A DNA stretch of 63,230 bases, filler included, from Octopus bimaculoides (Eukaryota): assembly GCF_001194135.2 (NCBI RefSeq). It is 6 parts of 5 records of this genome, joined end to end, with 100 filler letters (N's around TTAATTAATTAA, not from the genome) between each part and the next. Parts side by side here need not be neighbours in the genome. Positions count along the whole stretch, not along the records: positions 42,819 to 56,845 come from NC_068983.1; positions 56,946 to 59,322 come from NW_026399809.1; positions 59,423 to 61,753 come from NW_026438267.1; 3 more parts are not named here. One strand, given 5' to 3'. Below are positions 47,466 to 61,270 of this stretch, one piece after another. The position numbers were made by a program, and so were the translations under genes. Under the pieces are notes generated by a model. The model was not told the DNA's origin. It worked only from the letters and a program-made list of their open reading frames with translations, and ran no database searches. The first letter of the stretch is position 1, and each line of letters opens with the position of its first letter.

Positions 47466-50400
47466 TGAGATAAATGGCTATAGATGAAGAAAGAACTCAG
47501 TAAAAACGTTCTCCGATGAAACAACAAAGCCATTATATTTATACAAGTGATTACGGAATCATGCAACTGATCATTGCATCATACAGGTGACCAGTGCATC
47601 TGATCAGGAGTCAATTACTTTCAAATATGACTTGCACTGGACATAAAATAATTGATCAGGAAAAACGCAATTATGCTACAACACAGCGGTAGTGTCTGCA
47701 TAGTGTCTATAAGGAGAATTTTCTCATGAGAATATTTCTGCAGCAAAAGTTCTTCCTATATGTGAGATATATTTCATATACCGCTGCTTTGTGGGCCTCT
47801 AGTTAATTGATCCCGGCTCGACCAAGTTTTGTGCACATCTTCAAATGTAATTAATAGCCATTTAGAACCGTTCTTAGATGGCTATCAGCGACTGATTCGG
47901 TGTCTGCAACTGATAAAGCGCAAGGACGCAGAAACTCTTGCATCGTGCAATCTAAAGGCACCCTCCAAAGTGCAATGATGTATTTTCACAGTAGTACAGA
48001 AACTACTCCTGTAGCGAAATGGCTTCCTACATCCAACTGTACACGAACGTGTTTAATGTGATTGGACTCATTTATAAAACCTATTGTGCGTATACAAAAT
48101 AACGCTGATGAGAGAAGATAACTCTCTCAAGAAGAACTAAATTAATACTTACGGCTTGATGAATGTAGTATTTGCCTTGAACAATATGAAAGTACTCAAA
48201 TAATGCAGAAATAATTGCTTTAGAGAATAAAAGAGAAAGGTTTAGAGTTAGAAAAAAGGGTTATCTCAGAATAAAACTATTGAATACAACCCACAGACAT
48301 TCTAGAGAGCAATAGCACGTAAATATGGTATCCACTACAGAAATATTTTAGAAACCCATTTTCGAAAACGAGGCCAAGTCTGAAAACCAGTTGCCGATTA
48401 AAAGTGTACGTAGCAACAGTGGACATTGGAAATTAATAAATTTATAAATAAAACTATCTTAGCAAATCATTCAATATATCGTTTGAGATTTACTTTAAAC
48501 AGGCACTGGTTTCATTGAAAATGTATAATGGTTGTTTTCTCATTTGACAAAACTAAGCAATGCTCACCTGCAACATCCTGTTTACAATGCGGATCAAATT
48601 ACTAGATAGTTTCTTACCGATAACGCAACAATGATCTCTAAGACAAATATATAGCTTATGATGCATTTATCTACTTCTTCATCGTTTATTTCTAGGTAAT
48701 TTATAAGCTGTCTTCCAAGGTGCTATTCCACACAATAAATGAACATTAAAAGCAATATTCCCAGTCTGAGAGTCTTCTCTGTATTTTGAAGGATATCAGC
48801 AATGACATTAAAATGTCTTTTCAACTCGAAAAAAATGATAGGCTACAATACAGTAAGATGGATTAAGATGATGAGAAAATGAGTTGGAAAATCAGGAGTG
48901 GGAAATAATAAAAGAAACTGGACAATTCAAAATTCTACAAATACTTGAGCGTAAATAAAACCATGAGAAAGCTGTACGAACAAGAACCAAAAATAATTCC
49001 AGAAGAAAAAGAAATTAAATTAAAAAAAACTCGTTTCATTAGCAAGAATGATATCTGTGGTATTAAGAAATTTAGTGCCTCTCGTAGCATATAATTTTTA
49101 TCATTTTGGAGTAGTGAGCGACAAATTTAGACACCACACACAGTATGACGAAATACTTCAGTTCCATATAATATTTAATTTCGTCGAAGATCACACCAGT
49201 ATACTTTCTACAATGAAGTGAAAAAACAAACTCATCTACTTTTTGGAGGGATATGTTTATAAAATTTGGGTCGATAATATCTATATATCACGAGTACAGA
49301 GAAACACAACATTAAAAGTCAATCTTAATGAGATTCGAACACATAGCTTCCAGGCAAAATTTTGGCAACTCACAAATAATTTAAGCAATACTCTACATTC
49401 TTGGTCATCTTAAGCATACTTGGCTAAGGAATAAATGACCATAAAAGCCCATTTCGGCTAACCGTTAGCTTGAGTGTCTAATCAATGTGCTATTCAACGG
49501 AGCCATTCGTATAGAATTCGTTATTATTTAGTTGCAAACAGCAATTGGAAGAAAGGAAGGAAATTGAGTCGAAATCTTATTAGCGTCGTAAATTGGGGAG
49601 ATAAAAATGTAATCTACGAGTGAATTATTCTAAGAAATGAACGAGTGGGAAGAATGTCCCCACCTCTCACCATTAAATTGTGTTTATTTACTTATTTAGT
49701 TTTCATTTCTTCATTTGTTCCAATGTCTATTCAATGTTTCATGTAGTTATACACTTCCATAACTTTTGCTTTTCCTCCCACCCCTTCCCTCTCCTCCTCT
49801 CTTCGTCTCTCTTCTTCTCTCTTTCTGTCTCTCTTTCTGTCTCTCTTCTTGTCCAGAAAGCTATAAGCTATACTACAAAAAGAACCTATATACATTATAA
49901 ATACGCAGCACATATATGCATATATATACTTACATACATACATACATACGTACATACATATATANNNNNNNNNNNNNNNNNNNNNNNNNNNNNNNNNNNN
50001 NNNNNNNNNNNNNNNNNNNNNNNNNNNNNNNNNNNNNNNNNNNNNNNNNNNNNNNNNNNNNNTATATATATATATATATATATATATGCAAGTATGTATA
50101 TGTATGTATGTTTATAGATACGTATGTGTGTGTATCTCTGTGAATTATGTATGTGTATATAAATATACATATGTATATATGTATATTTAGACGCACCTGT
50201 GTGTATGCTTGTGAGAGCATGTGTGTGTATGCTGTAACGGACACAATCTCAAACACTATATAAATTAAGCCAGAAGCATTCATCTCGACAAATTAAGTAA
50301 GAAAATTCATTTCGTCAGCAGCAAATTGTAACAAGCCATTAATAGAGCAAGCAGACGGTTAGAAAGGAGGAAAGGAGGGAAGAGGTGATAGCTGACAGAG

Positions 50401-50590
50401 TAAACGAAGGCGTGGAGAAGAGAATGAGCAATGTAGATATGTAGAATCGCACATTCACATATAGATAGATAAGAGATGGATATAAACACGCATTCACACA
50501 CACACATATAGTAAACGCATAGGTAGAACAAAGAGATTAATAATGATACATGCATTGAAGGAAAATAGTGGTAGAGGAGAGAAAGAGCGG

Positions 50591-50626
<36 letters not shown>

Positions 50627-51659
50627 TAGCAATGAAAGGCTATTTAAAAGGGTGTGAGAGAGGGAGAGAGGTAAGAAATGATGCTTCGGTTGGTAGTATG
50701 GGTGTTGGTTGATAGCATGGCTTCATTAATAAATTAAGATCTGTTATCTTCTGCTATTGACAGAGCGACCAATTAAGCAGCTAAATATGCATAGATTTGC
50801 TTTTATAATCTGTTATAGTCGTTAGCGAGTTGCTAAAGCAGTAAGTAAAGTGATGTACATTTGAAGAAATTTGAAGCTAGTTTATCAAGCCGAAGCTAAT
50901 CACTGCACACATTTTATCACTACTCACACCTTCATCTCGAGTGTCATCATGAATATAATGTTTAACAGCCGAAATAGTAATGGTTGATTAGGTCGAAGTA
51001 AATTTGAATACATAACATAGAAAAGATAATAAAAACAGCAACAACAACTACACAAATAAACACTCAAGCTAAAATAAGTAAGAAATACAGAAGACAAAAG
51101 AATCCCAGGTACCATGACAAGATCTATTATCACCACTATGAAAAACCATCGCCCAACCACCAAACCTAGACAGTTATTCCTTTCTCCAATTCATGCATGT
51201 CAACTGTGAAGGAACACGTAATGAAAATTCAAATAATACAGAATATTATTTTGTGGTGTGTCCATTTCTGTTCATATGTGTGTGTGTTTGTGAGCGTGAG
51301 TCTTTGTGTATGTGTTTGTGAGCGGAGAAATAGTATGGCGCAGGAACGTTTGTTTCAGACATTCCAGGTTCTTAGAAACGAATGATTACACACACACACA
51401 CACACACACACGTAATGTTTTATCATTTCTCTTATTTTGTTTTTAGGTAACCACATGACAAATGATTTATAGATGGAGAAGATAGGGAATTTTGCATTAG
51501 ACATTCATTTTTATTTCTGGTACTCAAACCAAAAATAAAGCTAATAATAAGACCGGGGATTCCTATTTGCTAGCATTATGTTTTTATATAACAGACAGTT
51601 CATCAAAATAATTAGATGCTGAGGAAACTAATGATTGTCTATGATTGAAAATTATAATT

Positions 51660-51860
51660 ATAAACATTCATTTCTACCGTAGGTACAAGGCCTGAGATTT
51701 TTCGGGGAGGAGGCTAATCAATTACATCAAGTCCAGTGCGCAACTGGTATTAATTTTATTTACCCCAAAAGAATGTAAGTCAAAGCTGACCTCGCCGGTA
51801 TTTGAACGTAGAACGTAAGCCGAAAGAAAGGCCGCTAAACATTCAGCCAGTTGTCTACAT
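51660..51860 (-). mobile_element. Diverged SINE copy (family of 18027)
   Basis: CAAAGCTGACCTCGCCGGTATTTGAACGTAGAACGT resembles CAAAGTCGACCTCGGCGGAATTTGAACTCAGAACGT at 18148-18183. Confidence 0.65.
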
Positions 51861-52368
51861 TAATAATAACTAGGAAAACCCGTGAATATTTCGCGGAATT
51901 AATAGTAAACCTATTGGGTTATAGTTGAAAACTTCTTCCAAAAACCCTCAAAGTGTAACCTGTGTTGAGTCTGTATTAAAAACAGTCGTTCATCTGCTAC
52001 TCATTGAAAAGTGAAAGAAATTGGAATACGATGATTACATAATGCATTTTATATATACATTTTATATATTTTATGTACAAATCTATAGACTTAATACACA
52101 GCACTCATAAAATAAATATTCACTCTTATTTTTCCATTTTGCACATAAGCAAAAGGAAAAAATTTCCCGAACATATGATACAACCTTTAGTTAAATTGCA
52201 TATAATTGTCACGTAAATAAGCGTAAATGTTTCACGGAATTGTACTTATGTGCAATTTTCACTAGCCAATCACACCCACCAAAACCAGCACCAGCACCAG
52301 CACCACCAACACTACCACCAACACCACCATAGCCACTACCACCACCAGCACTATCATCATCATCATCA

Positions 52369-52400
<32 letters not shown>

Positions 52401-54065
52401 TCACTCTCACTCTCTCTCTCTCACACACACACTCTTTCTCTCTGTGCCTTTCTTTAACTTCTGCTAAAATTATATTTTCAACTCTCCTCCTCTACCTTCA
52501 ACTGAATTTTTAAAGTACATAAATATTATGTTCCCCTTATCTAACGCTTCTCTCTTCCTCTTTTTCTTTCTCCATCTTTCTGTCTTACTCTTCGCCTTAT
52601 CCTCTTTTTCTCTCCATTTTTTTCTGCCCTCTTTCTCTTCAACTAATCACGTGAAAGCTTTACAATTACATTCCCTCTACTTCACGTCATGGCCGTTTCT
52701 TTCTCCCTCTTTTTCTCCCTCCCTCTATTTCTCTCTCTCTCTCTCTTTTTCTCTCTCCCGCCTTTCTCTAATCACGTGAAAGCGTTACTGACAGGCTAAG
52801 TAACGCAATAACAAGCAGAATTATTATAAGATACTGAGTTAAAAAAATAAAACCAGTTACGATAGATTATTTTATTGTGATGTGGGTGAGAAATCTGAGC
52901 GTTTAGTCAACTAACCTTTTTAGAAGAAAAATTGTTTAATAGTAAAATTTTCATTCTTGTCTGATAAGGAGTTCTACGAGAAATCTAGTAAATATGTTTT
53001 CTCTTACCAACAGTGTTCTCTCCAAAACCTTAGTAAACAATACATGTATTAATTTCAATACATTAAAAATTAATTATAAAACATAATTCATTTCCATGCT
53101 TAATTTAAAAAAAAAATGGTTCTTGCTTGTGGGCGCGCTAATGACAGTGAACAGGTTTTGGTTTTCTTGATACTTGTCAGTAAAACATAGAATAAATCAA
53201 CGCATACCAAACTGTATGTTTGTACCAGGGGGAGCGCATTTCAACGCTAAGTTGTTTACTCAATCAAAATAATAATGAATATGTCTTAGAAATCTAAGAG
53301 AACTGATCCTTGTATCCTGTTGATATTAGAACTGACACGTTTAGATCTAATTAAGTGTAATGAAGTATTATGATCGAGGACGCATATGAAATCATGAATC
53401 ACAAGGTAACCTTCTTCTCAAGGTTACATAAGCAATTTCGACTTTTAAATAGTGCTTTGTTAGTACAACCTATGTAATAAAAACTGAAAGTTAAATTCCT
53501 TGTTATGATGTGAAAGTCAGCAAATAAGTAAACCATTTTAGTAATTCCATAGAGTATCAATGGTTAACAACGTCTCGCTCTTCGTTGAAGCACTGCCTTG
53601 GATATATAAAAAAGAAAATTACTATTCTTGAAACTAACGAATTCTGTTACTAACAATGGAGCAATTGAAAACAGATAAAACGTAAAAATAATGCTTTAAT
53701 ACTGATGATACTATCAGCTAATAACATAGAACAATTTTAATGAGAAGGTGGGAGTTACAAGATCAAGGTTGATTAATTACTTGACAAACATAAATGATCT
53801 TCAAACAGCGGATCAGTTTCAATAGAATAGTTTATTCCGAATATGATATAGATGGTGATGTTGAAACTTCTTTTTATTTTGAATTATAATAAAAACAATT
53901 TAACATTAATCTGATGTGCTACTCTACACTTTTGTAGAGTACAAATTTATAATTCTTAAACAAGAGTATTATTTACAGTGACTTAGAAGTTACGACCAGT
54001 TAAGTCATCGTAGTACTGCAGTATTGATTAATAATAATAATAATAATGATAATAATAATAATAAT

Positions 54066-54100
<35 letters not shown>

Positions 54101-54533
54101 CCTTTTGTTTTTGTCTAGTAAGAGCTAATAACTCTAGATAGTCGAATAGATAAATATAGACTTGCATATACATGTACAGACATGTAACATGTAGCTCTTA
54201 AAATTATTTGATTAAAAAAAAAATTTTTAGATAAAAGATATATGCGTATATCGCTAAATTAATATAAATAAGCACAATTTAATATACGATGAATACTTGA
54301 GGCAATATATAACAAAGACCTGTTAACTGAAATCTCTTGCAGTACTTTACTATGTCCCTTTTGTTTCTTAGTTCGGATCTGTCCAGCATCGGCTTTAACT
54401 TTTCAACCATCTTCGTCTGGTCGATAAAATAAGAACGAGCTTCAAATATTAAGGAAGTAACTTTAAAAGGAAATTCTATCCCTTCCCAAATTTGAGTGTA
54501 ATTTTCGATGAAGCTAATGAAATTTCTCCATAT

Positions 54534-54760
54534 AGGCGCGGACGTGGCTGTGTGGTAAGAAGCTTGCTTCCTAACCACATGGTTCCAGTTTGAATTCCAC
54601 TGCGTGGCACCTTGAGCAGGTGTCTTCTTCTATAAAATATTGTATAAAATATTTGTGTGTCTTCGATTGTCTTACCATCATCACTTTTGTTCGACTATAG
54701 GCGATACACCAGCATGACTGCAGTCAAATGGATGAAACAAGTAAGAGAATAAAAAATAAA
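54534..54760 (+). mobile_element. tRNA-derived SINE with A and B boxes
   Basis: Head GGCGCGGACGTGGCTGTGTGGTAAG...CAGTTTGAATTCCACTGCGTGGCACCTTG; tail CCAGCATGACTGCAGTCAAATGGATGAAACAAGTAAGAG. Confidence 0.75.
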
Positions 54761-55623
54761 AGAATATATTTAAGACAGTATAACAAAATTAGGGCTCGCT
54801 ACATTAATTATTGCATCCAGAATGCACATAAATGTACACTGTTTGTGCTCAAGGGACCCTTCAAAAATTTTGCATTACTATTATTTTCAGATACCAAATC
54901 AGTGAATTATTTCACCGACAAAATTATAGACGCCGCAGATATTATTTTGATCAAGTGGAGTTTCGACTGTGCTTCGTTGAAGAATTATATTAAGATGGAA
55001 ACAAGTCCCAAGTTGTCACCGCATGTACAAAACGATTCGATCCAGCAAAGTTTATATCCATTCATTTTTGAATCAACTGAAATTTCCTGTGTTCTCTCCT
55101 TTATCTCTTTTGAAAGAATTTTTCATTATCCCTAATATATTGCATTACAATCATTTTAATAGCTCAATATTATTCTCGGGTGGTCACATACGGCATTGAA
55201 TCCAGTTGGTAAACACACATTTATCAGTCAAGAGGCACTTAGTCAAATTTTCAAAATGACATTTGGGTTGATATTTAACGACTTTATCCTTGAAGATGAT
55301 GCCCCAGTACTAACTGAAACAAATAAAAAAATATCTATATAAAGAGCATTTAAATAGCTATTTATAAGCACAAGGAAAACAAATAATGTGTGTCTTATTC
55401 ACTACTACATTATAAATTGGTCATAAATAATGCCAAAAACTTAAAAGCTTTAAAACCAATAGCTGATTGCCTGCATGTATAAATAAATACTCATTTACAC
55501 TCACAGACCAACACAATCTCACCGACATATTGTGGTGTAAGAATGAACGTACATATGTATACATGTATATATGTGTATGTGCGTGTGTCTATATGTATAT
55601 GCACTGATACACACACAGACACA

Positions 55624-55655
<32 letters not shown>

Positions 55656-58367
55656 TATACGTATATATACATGTATGTATAGACATGCGTGTATGCATAT
55701 GTATATATATTTATGTGTGTGTCTGTGTGTGTATTTGTAAATTTATATTTACAATCGTACTCATATGTGTATATATAATTTTATAATATATGGGTATGTA
55801 TGTATAGTTGTTTATATACATGCATACGCACACACACACACGTTTACATTAACATATACGTATGTATGTGTGAATGTATCCATGTCCTTGCATATGTGTA
55901 TATTGACCTATGTCCCTAACAACCAATCTGAACAAAGACACACACATCCACATCCATAATGACTAAATTCGTGTATAAGTACGAAACATTTTATTACTCG
56001 CTAAAATACTAAAATATAAATAAGAATGAGATGAAATCGTACAGATTTCTATCTAGTTTACAAATACAGTAAGAATTTTACGGCTCCCTTTCACTTCAGT
56101 TGTTTAATTAATCGCGGCTTTATGTCTGTAGATGTGGCAAATTTTCTCGTCGTCTTGTGTAAACACGAATTCGTTGCGGACGCCATTTCTAACGCCTTCA
56201 AATCAGTTTATTTGCGTAAGACGCAGTAAATGTAAGTAAACTATACTAACATGAAGAAATACTTCCTGTAAGCTATTTAAGGTCTAGTTGAATAGTGACA
56301 GTTTGACAGTGCTTGCATTACCAATTAGAGAATATAGAAAGAAACGCAACATACACATACACGTGCGCATATAGAAAATTGCACACTCATATATAGACGT
56401 TTTAGGTACTCATATTATCATATATACGCTTTCACCTTCGCACATGCTCACTCAAAATACTAAAATATTTACACACTCTCATTCACACTGAATTAATCAA
56501 ATATTTACATACAGGATTTATTCGTCACCTGCTCACACATGCAAACACACACGAGAACATGCTAACATGCCCACACACATAATAAGTTGTTAAATCTGAA
56601 ATAGGTATAGCCATAAAATATACATCTTTGTGAGTGTGCGACTGTGCATGTATGAGTGTGTGTGCGCGTGCGTAATTACGTACATGTGTGTGTTGTGTGT
56701 GTGAGCATGTGTGTGTTGTGTGTGTATGTGTGTGTGTGTGGGGGGGGTGTTTGCATGTTAAAATAATTTTAAATTGCAAATCCATTTCAGAATGACAACT
56801 GACCGTTTATTGTTGGTGTAACTCTATACTAAAACCAGTTGTAAANNNNNNNNNNNNNNNNNNNNNNNNNNNNNNNNNNNNNNNNNNNNTTAATTAATTA
56901 ANNNNNNNNNNNNNNNNNNNNNNNNNNNNNNNNNNNNNNNNNNNNTTTTAACCATTTCGTTTTTCGTAAAATATTACTACTTTTAAAAATACCTCTGTGT
57001 GTTAAATAATTTTGCAAACAATCAAGAATTTGGAATGATTTAGTACAATGACTTTACAAAAGGTTCTTGCATCTAATTAAGATGGAAAGTTCAAATTTAA
57101 ATTTCAACTAAAATTATTAAAAACAGATTACATAAGATAGAACAAAAGACAGTCTTTAAGAAATTGGGTAAAGAAAGCAATGTTAAATTCTTTTCTAGAG
57201 AATATTTCTTAACAGTTTTCTGATTCTGAATATTTGTTAACTGTTTTATTATTCTGATATCTCTAATAAAATGTACAGACATAGAATTCTATATTTGCCA
57301 TTTCAGGTGGGCCACAAGTTAATACCATAGATTCCTCTTTGGTGTCTAAGTACCAGCAGGTCAAAGAGCAGCCACAAGTACAGTATTTCTGGAGTTACGT
57401 TGAAACATGGTCTTTGAANNNNNNNNNNNNNNNNNNNNNNNNNNNNNNNNNNNNNNNNNNNNNNNNNNNNNNNNNNNNNNNNNNNNNNNNNNNNNNNNNN
57501 NNNNNNNNNNNNNNNNNNNNNNNNNNNNNNNNNNNNNNNNNNNNNNNNNNNNNNNNNNNNNNNNNNNNNNNNNNNNNNNNNNNNNNNNNNNNNNNNNNNN
57601 NNNNNNNNNNNNNNNNNNNNNNNNNNNNNNNNNNNNNNNNNNNNNNNNNNNNNNNNNNNNNNNNNNNNNNNNNNNNNNNNNNNNNNNNNNNNNNNNNNNN
57701 NNNNNNNNNNNNNNNNNNNNNNNNNNNNNNNNNNNNNNNNNNNNNNNNNNNNNNNNNNNNNNNNNNNNNNNNNNNNNNNNNNNNNNNNNNNNNNNNNNNN
57801 NNNNNNNNNNNNNNNNNNNNNNNNNNNNNNNNNNNNNNNNNNNNNNNNNNNNNNNNNNNNNNNNNNNNNNNNNNNNNNNNNNNNNNNNNNNNNNNNNNNN
57901 NNNNNNNNNNNNNNNNNNNNNNNNNNNNNNNNNNNNNNNNNNNNNNNNNNNNNNNNNNNNNNNNNNNNNNNNNNNNNNNNNNNNNNNNNNNNNNNNNNNN
58001 NNNNNNNNNNNNNNNNNNNNNNNNNNNNNNNNNNNNNNNNNNNNNNNNNNNNNNNNNNNNNNNNNNNNNNNNNNNNNNNNNNNNNNNNNNNNNNNNNNNN
58101 NNNNNNNNNNNNNNNNNNNNNNNNNNNNNNNNNNNNNNNNNNNNNNNNNNNNNNNNNNNNNNNNNNNNNNNNNNNNNNNNNNNNNNNNNNNNNNNNNNNN
58201 NNNNNNNNNNNNNNNNNNNNNNNNNNNNNNNNNNNNNNNNNNNNNNNNNNNNNNNNNNNNNNNNNNNNNNNNNNNNNNNNNNNNNNNNNNNNNNNNNNNN
58301 NNNNNNNNNNNNNNNNNNNNNNNNNNNNNNNNNNNNNNNGTTTGTGTTTGTGTGTGTGTGTGGGCGT

Positions 58368-58403
<36 letters not shown>

Positions 58404-58504
58404 ATGCAACAGTAATATAGTTTGTGGTTGATGTAATACAGAAAATAAAATCCATTACTAAGAATATTATAATGTTGTAATATCACACAACATAACATAT
58501 AAGT

Positions 58505-59320
58505 TACATACACAAAAGTATCCGGAAACGTTCTCTGTTGGTCAAGCTCGTCGTAGTTCAGGTTTCTACCGCTAGAAGCCACTTGATGCAGCCCTCAGGT
58601 ATCAGTCTGTCGACCGGCGTCATCGAGTGGGGTCATACCGCTACGTGGTAAGTCTTTGTTTTGCAGCGCTTCTCCTCTGTTCGTCCATTTATTTTTGCAA
58701 CGGCTGAAACGAAGGAAGAGCGTGCTTCCGTGAAATTCTGTTTTCTGCTGGGGTAAACGGCGGCCGAAACAGTTGCCATGCTTTAAACGGCTTACAAGGC
58801 CGGTGCTATACGCTTTAGGACCAAGTTCAGTTAAAGCGACCATCGTCTTCCCGAAGGAATTAAAACATCGTAAAAATTCATGAAATGATCTCGGAGGAAC
58901 GTCACAGAACAATTGACGAACTTGAAGATATGACTGGTGTGCCCTGGAGTTCCTACCAACGGATTTTGAGCGACGAATTTCGAATGTAAAGAGTTGCAGC
59001 AAACTTTGTGCCTCGCTTGCTCACGGACGATCAAAAGCAGTCACGACTGAATGAGTGTTGTGAACTAAAAGAACAGTTGGAAGTTGATCCGGACCTTTCT
59101 TCGAAAGTTATCACTGGTGACCAAAGCTGATGCTATGGAATTTGCAGATGTGAAAGAGGTAAAGAAAGAATGATGGAGGCGTTAAAAGGCACCACTTTGC
59201 AAGAGTTCCAGCAATACTTCGAATAGTGGTAAACGCGTCTGGATCGATGCATTGCTTTAATTGAAGAACACTTTGAAGGCGATCAAAGTGTAAATGTGTA
59301 GAAATTGAGTGAATAAAAGA
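58505..59320 (+). mobile_element. Decayed mariner transposon with internal deletion of the catalytic region
   Basis: ERASVKFCFLLG*TAAETVAML, RVAANFVPRLLTDDQK and KVITGDQS*CYG, jumping directly to FADVKEVK...LDRCIA...FEGD. Confidence 0.9.
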
Positions 59321-59805
59321 ATNNNNNNNNNNNNNNNNNNNNNNNNNNNNNNNNNNNNNNNNNNNNTTAATTAATTAANNNNNNNNNNNNNNNNNNNNNN
59401 NNNNNNNNNNNNNNNNNNNNNNGCTGATGATGATTATGATGAGGATGATGATTATGATGAGGATGATAGTGACGGTGGATGAATATGATGGTGGTAGTGG
59501 TGGTTGGTGGAGGTGATGATGACGATGACGGTGATGACGACGACGACAATGATGATGATGATGATGATGAAGATGATGATGACAATGAAGACGATAACAC
59601 CAAAAACGACAACGACTACGATGGTGGTATTATATTGGCGGTAATAGTGACGATCATGACAACGACAACAACAACAACATTAACAATAACAATAACAACA
59701 GCATCGCCGAAGACAGTCTCCAGTGTTGTGTGTCACAAAACAACAAGTTGATGTAACAACATCTGTCTGTGTGCAGGAGTTTTCTCATGAAAGACTATTG
59801 GACCG

Positions 59806-59843
<38 letters not shown>

Positions 59844-60098
59844 AACCACAATAAGTAAAAGAAATAAGCAAACAACAAATAATATAAAAACAGCTAAACA
59901 ACAGCAACATCAACAACAACAACAACGACAATAACAACACAAAACAATAAAACAACATCCTACTCGAGACAAGATGGCGTCTTTAATAATAAAAAAACAA
60001 ACAAACTGTTCGTCTCTCTCTCTTGGAGATCTTGGAAATGGTTCCATTCCAAATTTGGTGTCGAAACCGACTATTGCCTTTTCTAGTGGTCGACATAA

Positions 60099-60137
<39 letters not shown>

Positions 60138-60165
60138 GTGTGTATATGTATATATACATACATAG

Positions 60166-60201
<36 letters not shown>

Positions 60202-61014
60202 NNNNNNNNNNNNNNNNNNNNNNNNNNNNNNNNNNNNNNNNNNNNNNNNNNNNNNNNNNNNNNNNNNNNNNNNNNNNNNNNNNNNNNNNNNNNNNNNNNN
60301 NNNNNNNNNNNNNNNNNNNNNNNNNNNNNNNNNNNNNNNNNNNNNNNNNNNNNNNNNNNNNNNNNNNNNNNNNNNNNNNNNNNNNNNNNNNNNNNNNNNN
60401 NNNNNNNNNNNNNNNNNNNNNNNNNNNNNNNNNNNNNNNNNNNNNNNNNNNNNNNNNNNNNNNNNNNNNNNNNNNNNNNNNNNNNNNNNNNNNNNNNNNN
60501 NNNNNNNNNNNNNNNNNNNNNNNNNNNNNNNNNNNNNNNNNNNNNNNNNNNNNNNNNNNNNNNNNNNNNNNNNNNNNNNNNNNNNNNNNNNNNNNNNNNN
60601 NNNNNNNNNNNNNNNNNNNNNNNNNNNNNNNNNNNNNNNNNNNNNNNNNNNNNNNNNNNNNNNNNNNNNNNNNNNNNNNNNNNNNNNNNNNNNNNNNNNN
60701 NNNNNNNNNNNNNNNNNNNNNNNNNNNNNNNNNNNNNNNNNNNNNNNNNNNNNNNNNNNNNNNNNNNNNNNNNNNNNNNNNNNNNNNNNNNNNNNNNNNN
60801 NNNNNNNNNNNNNNNNNNNNNNNNNNNNNNNNNNNNNNNNNNNNNNNNNNNNNNNNNNNNNNNNNNNNNNNNNNNNNNNNNNNNNNNNNNNNNNNNNNNN
60901 NNNNNNNNNNNNNNNNNNNNNNNNNNNNNNNNNNNNNNNNNNNNNNNNNNNNNNNNNNNNNNNNNNNNNNNNNNNNNNNNNNNNNNNNNNNNNNNNNNNN
61001 NNNNNNNNNNNNNN

Positions 61015-61081
<67 letters not shown>

Positions 61082-61144
61082 TATATATATATATGTATGT
61101 GTGTATGTATGTATGTATGTATGTATGTATACTCACATATAAAT

Positions 61145-61270
61145 TGGCGTGTCTTTAGAATGCTGGATAGAATACATCGAGGTATTTGTTTTGACTCTAT
61201 TCGTTCCCGGTTCAAATCCTGCAGAAGTCAGCTTTGCTTTCTACATCCCTTCGGGGGTCCATAAAAAACA
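61145..61270 (+). mobile_element. Diverged SINE head (family of 18027)
   Basis: GGTATTTG...CCCGGTTCAAATCCTGCAGAAGTCAGCTTTGCTTTC...CCTTCGGGGGTC. Confidence 0.6.

Noticed and set aside
54534-54610. tRNA-like A/B boxes
   Set aside because: They continue into SINE body and tail with no complete cloverleaf; SINE head rather than tRNA gene.
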